DNA of 55,597 nt from Candidatus Tayloriibacteriota bacterium (GTDB taxonomy: Bacteria > Patescibacteriota > Minisyncoccia > Phycocordibacterales > PALSA-1337), in NCBI GenBank assembly GCA_028286665.1, contig JAQBRD010000003.1:1-55597 (forward strand), written 5' to 3'. Under the pieces are notes generated by a model. It made no database searches and was not told where the DNA came from. It saw only the letters and a list, made by a program, of their open reading frames with translations. The position numbers were made by a program, and so were the translations under genes. This document shows positions 28,296 to 35,623 of the stretch, piece by piece (within the stretch, counting starts at the first letter, position 1; each line of letters begins with the position of its first letter).

Positions 28296-29588
28296 ATGAA
28301 AAAAGAACTCAAAATCAGCGAGCTTCCCTCGCACCTCGAAGAAACCATGCAGCTTTCAGGCTTTGTGCATTCGAGCCGAAACCAGGGCAAAGTCGGGTTT
28401 ATTACGCTCCGCAATATCAGCGGCATGGTTCAATGCGTCTTCATCGGCGAAGCTCTCATCACCGAGTTGAAAAAGATAACGACCGAATCCTACATTCGAG
28501 TCGAGGGCAAACTCGTCGCAGCGAAACAAGCTCCCGGAGGCATCGAGATCCAAGTCGTGTCGGTCACTGTCCTCGGCGCAGCAGCTCCTGAACTCCCTAT
28601 CCCGGTCGTCACGATCAAGGGCGGCGAAGAGACAGAGGCGCCGGTCCGTTTCGATTACCGATGGATCGACCTCCGCAAGCCGGAGAAGACGCAGATCTTC
28701 AAAGTCTGGACCTCGTTCGAGAAAGGCCTCCGAAATTATTGGTATGCGAATGACTACATGCAGGTGTATCCTCCCGCATTCATGAACACTCCGTCTGAAA
28801 CAGGAGCGGAAGTCTTCGAAGTGAATTATTTCGATCGAAAGGCATATCTCGCCCAGTCCCCTCAGTTCTACAAGCAGATGGCGATGGCGTCAGGCTTCAA
28901 CCGAGTATTCATGGTCGCTCCCGTATTCCGCGCAGAACTCTCCTTCACCACGCGACACCTTACTGAATTCACCGGATTCGACTTCGAAATTTCAAATATC
29001 GAAAGCCATCACGATGTCATGGATGAAGAAGAAGGCGCGCTTGTTGCTGCTTTCACCCAGCTCAAATCAGACTTCCCTGATCTCAACATCGAAATTCCCG
29101 CTCGACCATTCCCGCGCGTCACCATGCTCGATGCGAAGAAGATCCTCACAGCCGAAGGCGTCGCGAGCGGCGAAGAGCACGATCTCTCGCCTGAAGAAGA
29201 GCGCGGCATTTGCGACTACGTGAAGAAGACGCAGAATCACGATTTCGTATTCATCACCGACTACCACAAGTCGAAGAGCGCTTTCTATCACATGCGCCAC
29301 GCTGACAACCCAGACCGATCGAAGCGAGCCGACCTCCTCTACCGAGGCATCGAGATCACCACGCTCGCGCAGCGAGAACACCGCATCGAGATCCTCGAGA
29401 AGCAGGCGATCGAAAAAGGCATGTCGCTCGAGTCACTGAAGGATTATCTGAACTTCTTCCGATACGGCTGCCCTCCGCACGGCGGCGCAGGACTCGGCCC
29501 GGCTCGAATCATCATGAAGATCCTCGACCTCCCGAACGTCCGCGAAGCGACATATCTCCCTCGAGACGTGAAGCGGCTTAATCCATAA
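28296..29588 (+). CDS. aspS: Aspartate--tRNA(Asn) ligase, short non-discriminating type
   Basis: YLAQSPQFYKQM, VFRAE...RHLTEF, GCPPHGGAGLG and PRDVKRL motifs; 430 aa without a GAD insertion. Confidence 0.93.
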   Translation: MKKELKISELPSHLEETMQLSGFVHSSRNQGKVGFITLRNISGMVQCVFIGEALITELKKITTESYIRVEGKLVAAKQAPGGIEIQVVSVTVLGAAAPELPIPVVTIKGGEETEAPVRFDYRWIDLRKPEKTQIFKVWTSFEKGLRNYWYANDYMQVYPPAFMNTPSETGAEVFEVNYFDRKAYLAQSPQFYKQMAMASGFNRVFMVAPVFRAELSFTTRHLTEFTGFDFEISNIESHHDVMDEEEGALVAAFTQLKSDFPDLNIEIPARPFPRVTMLDAKKILTAEGVASGEEHDLSPEEERGICDYVKKTQNHDFVFITDYHKSKSAFYHMRHADNPDRSKRADLLYRGIEITTLAQREHRIEILEKQAIEKGMSLESLKDYLNFFRYGCPPHGGAGLGPARIIMKILDLPNVREATYLPRDVKRLNP

Positions 29589-29641
29589 TAATTCCTGGCG
29601 CTTGTCGCGCATTTTCGCTGCGACTGCGCCGCACAAACCCT

Positions 29642-31228
29642 ATGAACAAAAAACCACAGGTAGCTCTTATCGTGCTCGACGGCTGGGGCCATCGCGAAGA
29701 CACGACGCACAATGCTGTCGCGGCGGCGAAGACGCCGTATTTCGATTCGATCTGGAAGCAGTATCCGCATTCACTCCTCGAAGCATCCGGCCTCGCCGTC
29801 GGACTCCCTGAAGGCCAGATGGGCAATAGCGAGATCGGCCACACCACCATCGGCGCCGGCAAGGTGATCGATACCGACCTCGTGCGCATCGCGAAAGCCA
29901 TCAAGGATGGCGAATTCAAGACCAACCCGGCTTTCGTGAAGCTTTTCAATCATGTGAAGAAATATGATTCGACGCTCCATGTGAAAGGCTTGCTCAGCAC
30001 CGGCGGCGTCCATAGCCACGAAGAGCATCTGTTCGCATTCCTCAAAGCCGTGAAGGAAATCGGCATCAAGAAAGTCGTCATCCACGCATTCACTGACGGC
30101 CGAGATACGCCGCCGCAAAGCGCAGCTGATTCTCTTGAGAAGCTCGAGCACCTCATCGCGGAACTCGGCATCGGAAAGATCGCTACCGCCTCAGGCCGCT
30201 TCTATGCAATGGACCGCGACAACAATTGGGATCGCCTCGCAAAAGCAGAGGCAGCGATGTTCGAATGCAAGGCCAATGCCTGCACGCCGAAGAAGCCATC
30301 TGAATTCCTCCGCGAACTCTACAAAAATGGAACAAAGGATGAGACGCTCGACCCGATCGTCTTTCTCGATGAGAACGGCAAAGGATACAAAGTCGAGCAG
30401 AATGACGGCGTCTTCTTCTTCAATTTCCGCAAGGACCGAACGCGCATGCTCTCGAAGAAGCTCGCCGATATGGCGAAGGCGAAGAATCTCGCATACGTGA
30501 CCCTCACAGAATATGATCCCGAGATCATCGCCGACGTTGCCTTCCCCACCATCGCAATCGAGACGACGCTTGCGAAAGAAGTCGCCGAAGCGAACCTCAC
30601 CCAGGCGCACATTGCTGAAACCGAGAAATTTCCGCACGCGACGTATTTCCTCAATGGAGGAACTGACAAGCCGCACAAAGGAGAGAAGCATATCATGCTC
30701 GACAGCCACAAAGTTCCAGACGCGAAGCGCGCGCCGCATGTGAAGAAGGACGCCGACGGGACTTTCGCATTCACCCATGACATGGCCCCGATGATGCGCG
30801 CAGAAGCGATCGCAGACAAGGCGATCGAGGAGGTCAATGCTGGCACCGATCTCATTTTCATCAATTTCGCAAATCCAGACATGGTCGGGCACACGGCGAA
30901 TGTTCCCGCGATCATCGAGGCCGTCGAGGAAACCGATGCGCAGCTCAAGCGCGTCTGCGATGCGATGCTCGCGCGAGCGAAGGCTAGCGGCGCTGAAGAA
31001 TTCATCTTCGTGACTGCAGACCACGGCAATGCCGAAGTGAATATTGATCCGATGACCGGCGAGAGACATACATCTCACACGATCAGCCCGGTTCCAGCCA
31101 TTCTCATACAGTCGAATGTGATGCACGCGAAGCTTGCGCATGGAGGCCTCGCCGACATCACCCCGACGATTCTGAAAATCCTCGGCGTACCGCAGCCGAA
31201 ATCGATGACAGGCAAATCGCTTATCTAA
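29642..31228 (+). CDS. gpmI: 2,3-bisphosphoglycerate-independent phosphoglycerate mutase
   Basis: LDGWG, GQMGNSEIGH, DGRDTPP, GRFYAMDRD, NPDMVGH and TADHGNAE motifs. Confidence 0.97.
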   Translation: MNKKPQVALIVLDGWGHREDTTHNAVAAAKTPYFDSIWKQYPHSLLEASGLAVGLPEGQMGNSEIGHTTIGAGKVIDTDLVRIAKAIKDGEFKTNPAFVKLFNHVKKYDSTLHVKGLLSTGGVHSHEEHLFAFLKAVKEIGIKKVVIHAFTDGRDTPPQSAADSLEKLEHLIAELGIGKIATASGRFYAMDRDNNWDRLAKAEAAMFECKANACTPKKPSEFLRELYKNGTKDETLDPIVFLDENGKGYKVEQNDGVFFFNFRKDRTRMLSKKLADMAKAKNLAYVTLTEYDPEIIADVAFPTIAIETTLAKEVAEANLTQAHIAETEKFPHATYFLNGGTDKPHKGEKHIMLDSHKVPDAKRAPHVKKDADGTFAFTHDMAPMMRAEAIADKAIEEVNAGTDLIFINFANPDMVGHTANVPAIIEAVEETDAQLKRVCDAMLARAKASGAEEFIFVTADHGNAEVNIDPMTGERHTSHTISPVPAILIQSNVMHAKLAHGGLADITPTILKILGVPQPKSMTGKSLI

Positions 31229-32511
31229 TCTCCCTTTTCTTCAAGCCTCTTTTCAAGCCTCAGGATCGCCGCCATATATTTCACGAACAGCACCATGAGC
31301 GTCGTCCACAAGACGCCGATCGCATAGCCTGCGACGACATCGGAAAGCCAATGCACATTGAGGTAGAGGCGGCTCAGCGGTACGAGAAAGCTGATGATGA
31401 CCGCGGCAGCGATCGCTGCTTCCCTCGCGTGATGGTTCTTGATATGGATGAAGCAGACATAAATGAGCGCCACGCAGCCGAAGGCAGCCATTCCCGCATG
31501 AAGGCTCGGGAAGCTGAAGTCGCTGTAGAGCGTAGCGCCGCCCTCAGGCCGCACGCGCATGACGAGCTCCTTGATGAAGCCGATCCAGCCCATCGTGCCG
31601 CCGAGCGACAGGATGAGGAATGCGAAGTCTTTGTAGTTTCGTTTCAAAAAATAAATGCCTGTCGCGATAATGCCGAGCAAGGCGAACGTCACCGGACTCA
31701 GCGCATTCGTGATGAATGACATGATTCCTGTCATGAGCGAGCCTGCAGGAGCAGCATGAGCCGACATCCACACGTTCACTGCGAGATCGAGCTGCTCCAT
31801 GAACGAGTGGGCGCTGACCGTATCCTGGATCATCTTGAAGCTCACGTACAGCGAGACGAGCATGAGTCCGAGTGTGAAAAGATCGTACTTGACGAAGACA
31901 TGCCATCGCTTATTGATGAAGCTATATGCCCAGATCATGATGAGCGCGATGATGAAGCCTGCGAGGACGAACTTGCCCATGACTCCTGCAGCAGCATGGT
32001 ATCCGGCGCCGAAGACATACCCGATGAGCACCGAGCTCACTGCCCAGCTCACGCCGGCGATGATATCGTACAGCCAGAACTTTCCGGCGTGTCCGCCGCT
32101 TGCGCCGACGATGAATGGCATGAGCGTTCTCGTGAGCGGATTGAATCGTCCGAAAATGATTGCCTTGCCGGTATGCTTCGCGACGAGCTGCTTCGCTTTT
32201 TCAATATGGCTCTCACGGATCGAAAGGTACCTGCTTACGCGTTCGAGAAAACCGAATCCGTATTTCCTGCCGAGGCAGAACGCTATCCCATCGCCGAGTA
32301 TGGCGCCGAATCCTCCGAGCATGAGTACTGCAGGCAGGCTCAGCACTCCGATTTTGGCCATGAATCCCGCGAGGATGATGATGGTATGCCCAGGAACGAC
32401 CGAACCGATGAGCGGCAAGCCTTCGAGGATGGACGTAATAAAAATGACCGCATATCCGCCATGAGCGACGATGCTTTCGAGATGATGGATGAACGGCGCG
32501 AAGAGATGCAT
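31225..32511 (-). CDS. Bifunctional DedA/VTT + PAP2 membrane protein
   Basis: DedA: LEG...PG, GD...F.LGR, FGRF.P..R; PAP2: K....RVRP, SFPSLH, SRLYLNVHWLSDV. Confidence 0.93.
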   Translation of the reverse strand: MHLFAPFIHHLESIVAHGGYAVIFITSILEGLPLIGSVVPGHTIIILAGFMAKIGVLSLPAVLMLGGFGAILGDGIAFCLGRKYGFGFLERVSRYLSIRESHIEKAKQLVAKHTGKAIIFGRFNPLTRTLMPFIVGASGGHAGKFWLYDIIAGVSWAVSSVLIGYVFGAGYHAAAGVMGKFVLAGFIIALIMIWAYSFINKRWHVFVKYDLFTLGLMLVSLYVSFKMIQDTVSAHSFMEQLDLAVNVWMSAHAAPAGSLMTGIMSFITNALSPVTFALLGIIATGIYFLKRNYKDFAFLILSLGGTMGWIGFIKELVMRVRPEGGATLYSDFSFPSLHAGMAAFGCVALIYVCFIHIKNHHAREAAIAAAVIISFLVPLSRLYLNVHWLSDVVAGYAIGVLWTTLMVLFVKYMAAILRLEKRLEEKGD

Positions 32512-32556
32512 GGAGGTAGTATAGCAAATATTCAAGCTCGTCGAATGAATGCATAT

Positions 32557-32590
32557 AAAAAGGAGAGGCTCTGTCTTGGAAGACAGAGCC
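32557..32590 (-). terminator. Intrinsic terminator of the candidate large ncRNA
   Basis: Minus strand GGCTCTGTCT-TCCA-AGACAGAGCC-TCTCC-TTTTT. Confidence 0.75.
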
Positions 32591-33144
32591 CTTTGTGACT
32601 GATTACTCGATTTGTGCTATTTCGGTTCCTGTGAAGTTACATACCCTCACAGGAACCTAGAGAAGAAGAACTGCATCATGGTTTACCTTCAGGATTTTTT
32701 CCAGTAATTTCTTCTCGAAATTACTGATAAATCCGGAAAGCTAGTTTGTTTTTAATCTATCAATGCGGTATTGCTGGTTACTCGGCCCATTTGGCCTTAA
32801 CCCCTTTTTCTTCTTTTCATAGTGCAAACAATCTATGATCAGAAGGATGAGCTACTCTTATCCTCGCGATGTCTAGCCTAGTTTAACTAGTGCTAGTTAC
32901 ATCTGCCTTCATGGTGTATCGACGTTGATTCATCGGTCAATCGATACCTTTGTGACTATTTCACTGCTGAAGGTGATTTGTTAGTCGCTGAGCCTGCCAC
33001 TCCTTGGCTTGGCTATCTTTCCCTATTAGTGCGTTTGGCTTCATAAGCCGTTGAGTTCCGCTAACCTGAGGAACCTGCACTCTGTGATTATATCTTCCGA
33101 AGCCGATTGGCTTCTACGTAACGTCTTGTCGTTTACTCTGTTAC
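32557..33144 (-). ncRNA. Candidate large (~590 nt) highly structured non-coding RNA, family unrecognised
   Basis: No minus-strand ORF of 60 aa or more; own promoter and terminator; at least 10 stem-loops plus long-range pairings. Confidence 0.65.
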
Positions 33145-33150
33145 ATGTGT

Positions 33151-33178
33151 ATCATAGCATATACATGCAATTTGTCAA
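33151..33178 (-). promoter_or_regulatory. sigma70 promoter for the candidate ncRNA
   Basis: TTGACA (33178-33173)-16 nt ending TGC-TATGAT (33156-33151). Confidence 0.7.
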
Positions 33179-33280
33179 GTACATTTACCATATGCAAAAT
33201 AAAATCTTTATGAATTTCTTATCTGAAACTGCAGCAGAAAAGTTCGACGAGTTGCGGCATGAGACGGTATACTGCTCTAC

Positions 33281-33952
33281 ATGAAATTACTGATCATCGA
33301 GGATGATATCGCCGCCGCCGCATTCATGAAAACAAGCTTCGAGTCCGCTTCGCATGTCGTCGATCTCGCGCACAATGGCACCGACGGATCCTATGCCGCG
33401 CGAATCAATCCATATGACGTGATCATCCTCGACTTCTCGATGCCGAAGAAAAACGGACTGAAAGTCTGCGAAGAGATCCGTTCCGCCGGCAAGACCGTGC
33501 CGATACTCTTCCTTTCAGTCATCGGCGATACTGCGAAGAAAGTCGATGCGCTCGAGAAGGGCGCCGACGATTATATGACCAAGCCATTCTCATTCGACGA
33601 GCTGCATGCCCGAGTGCGAGCGCTCGCGCGCAGGCCGCATAAGATCGAGACATCCATACTTACCGCCGGAGATCTGAGCCTCAATACCGAGCGTCAGGTA
33701 GCAGTCCGCGGAGGCACCGCAATATATCTGACAAGAAAGGAATATACCCTGCTCGAGTATCTGATGCGGAATCAGGGCACGATATTATCGCGTGGTATGA
33801 TCATGGAGCATGTCTGGAACGCGGACAGCGATCCTTTTTCAAATACCATCGAAGCGCACATCCTCAATCTTCGGAAGAAGGTGAATATCGGACGGAGAAA
33901 GGATTTCATCCGGAATGTTCCAGGACGAGGATACATGATCGCTGTCGAATAG
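33281..33952 (+). CDS. OmpR/PhoB-family response regulator
   Basis: LLIIEDD, IILDFSMP, GADDYMTKPF, LTRKEYTLLEYL and IRNVPGRGY motifs; TATACT -10 just upstream (leaderless). Confidence 0.96.
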   Translation: MKLLIIEDDIAAAAFMKTSFESASHVVDLAHNGTDGSYAARINPYDVIILDFSMPKKNGLKVCEEIRSAGKTVPILFLSVIGDTAKKVDALEKGADDYMTKPFSFDELHARVRALARRPHKIETSILTAGDLSLNTERQVAVRGGTAIYLTRKEYTLLEYLMRNQGTILSRGMIMEHVWNADSDPFSNTIEAHILNLRKKVNIGRRKDFIRNVPGRGYMIAVE

Positions 33953-34064
33953 TGCTTCATGAATATTTCATATTTTTTTGATCAGCAATTCATGCCGGTC
34001 AGATAGAATGACTGGGATCATGAAGGTCGACGTGATCAACGATCATATAAACAAACATACCCAA

Positions 34065-34166
34065 ATGAGCATTCTCATCAAACAACTATTGCGTGACGCC
34101 GAGCAGCGGAAGAAGGCTTCCGTAGCAGCGCATTCGGAAAGCGACTTTGCCCCATGGAACGGCTAG
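34065..34166 (+). CDS. Putative ComX-like signalling peptide precursor (33 aa)
   Basis: MSILIKQLLRDAEQRKKASVAAHSESDFAPWNG; single Trp third from the C-terminus; lies between the response regulator and kinase genes. Confidence 0.55.
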   Translation: MSILIKQLLRDAEQRKKASVAAHSESDFAPWNG

Positions 34167-34183
34167 AGTCTGCAACATCACAA

Positions 34184-35611
34184 ATGGCAGCCATAACGCG
34201 CTTCGTGCAAAGGCGCGTTATCGCGCTGATACGTCCGAAATCAACTGACGAGGATACGCATCGCGAAGAATTGATTCTCAATACCATTCTTCTCACCTCG
34301 ATCGCACTGCTGCTTGTGCTCGATGCGACCATACTCTACAATCTCCCCGCTTTCGGAGCCGCATACCAGGGCGTGCATTTCATTCCGTTCACGATCATCC
34401 TGGCCATATTCGCAAGCTTGTTCGTCCTATCGAGGCGCGGAAAAGTCCGCCTGGCATCCTATCTCCTCATCAGCTTCTATATAATCGGCACCATATACTG
34501 CGGTTATGAATGGGGCGCAAGCCTGCCTGCGACGCTTCTCACGACGACGCTCGTCATCATCACTTCAAGCATCCTTATCGGAACCCGATGCGGCATGATC
34601 GTCTCGGTCGCAATGGTGTGCATTCTTTCCTATCTCGGTTTCCACGAATACAAAGTGCTCGGCGTCCAAGCATGGAAATACACCACCATCAGCACGACAG
34701 ACATCATCACCTATTCGGGAATCTTCTTCTTCATCACGCTCCTTTCATGGCTCTCAAACAGAGAAATCGAGAACTCGTTGAAACGTGCCCGGAAATCAGA
34801 GGGAGAATTGAGAACGGAACGCGACAATCTTGAGATGACCGTCACTGAGCGGACGGAGTCCCTGCGCAAGATGCAGCTTGATCAGATGGTCTACCTGTCG
34901 AGATCCGCTGAATTCGGAGAACTTTCCCGAGGATTATTCCACGATCTCATGACTCCCCTTGTTTCGATTTCGCTCGGCATAGATGCGCTCGGAAAGACCA
35001 GCTCGCCAGAAGTGAGGACTCTCCGCGAATCCCTCAGCAAGACCATCGAAGCATCCAACAGAATGGGAGAGTTCATGTCGACAGTACGGAAGACGATGCG
35101 GTCCTCAGAGTCTTCCCTGCAACCAGCGACCGCACCTCAGCTCGAGAAAACCTGCGATCTGAAGGAGTCTCTCGAATACATCCTTCAGATTCTTGGCTAT
35201 AAGATGCGGAATGCAGACGTGAAAGTAATCCATGAATATATCGGATTCAACGAAAATCCGATCATATGCAAAGATCATGTATTGATAGAGAGAATCCTCC
35301 TCAACCTCATATCGAATGCGATCGACTCATATGCGAGCTTGCCCGAGCTCGATGAAAAGAAAATCGAAGTCTGCCTGAGCAAATCAGAGGAATGCATCGA
35401 GATACAGGTCTCAGATCATGGCTGCGGCATCCCGAAGCAAAATATGAAACAGATATTCAATCCTTTCTTCACGACAAAATCGAATGAGAGAGGAAGCGGA
35501 CTCGGACTTACTATCGTGAAAACGATCGCAGAAAAAGATCTCGGCGGAACCGTCGGAATAAAGAGCGAAGCAGGAAAAGGCACCGATATACAGATAACGT
35601 TTCCTCATTAA
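34184..35611 (+). CDS. Membrane-embedded sensor histidine kinase (HisKA/HATPase)
   Basis: About 5-6 N-terminal TMs with short loops; FHDLMTPL, NLISNAID, DHGCGI, FNPFFTTK and GSGLGL boxes; alternative start at 34154. Confidence 0.95.
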   Translation: MAAITRFVQRRVIALIRPKSTDEDTHREELILNTILLTSIALLLVLDATILYNLPAFGAAYQGVHFIPFTIILAIFASLFVLSRRGKVRLASYLLISFYIIGTIYCGYEWGASLPATLLTTTLVIITSSILIGTRCGMIVSVAMVCILSYLGFHEYKVLGVQAWKYTTISTTDIITYSGIFFFITLLSWLSNREIENSLKRARKSEGELRTERDNLEMTVTERTESLRKMQLDQMVYLSRSAEFGELSRGLFHDLMTPLVSISLGIDALGKTSSPEVRTLRESLSKTIEASNRMGEFMSTVRKTMRSSESSLQPATAPQLEKTCDLKESLEYILQILGYKMRNADVKVIHEYIGFNENPIICKDHVLIERILLNLISNAIDSYASLPELDEKKIEVCLSKSEECIEIQVSDHGCGIPKQNMKQIFNPFFTTKSNERGSGLGLTIVKTIAEKDLGGTVGIKSEAGKGTDIQITFPH

Positions 35612-35623
35612 TCAAATCTCAAT

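Noticed and set aside
28296-29588. Short archaeal-like AspRS as a novelty
   Set aside because: A non-discriminating AspRS together with GatCAB is an established route to Asn-tRNA in many bacteria.
32961-33044. 27-aa minus-strand ORF (MKPNALIGKDSQAKEWQAQRLTNHLQQ) inside the candidate RNA, by analogy with delta-hemolysin in RNAIII
   Set aside because: The start codon lies within a hairpin, there is no SD or amphipathic character, and an ORF this short is expected by chance.
32557-33144. Identification of the structured RNA as RNase P RNA, tmRNA, 6S RNA or a group I/II intron
   Set aside because: It has no GAGGAAAGUCC P4 motif, no tRNA-Ala-like ends, no GUGCG start or domain V, and interrupts no gene; it is too long and branched for 6S.
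33051-33284. 77-aa plus-strand ORF from the ORF track
   Set aside because: It has a TTG start, runs through two promoters and RNA hairpins, and shows no protein-like features.
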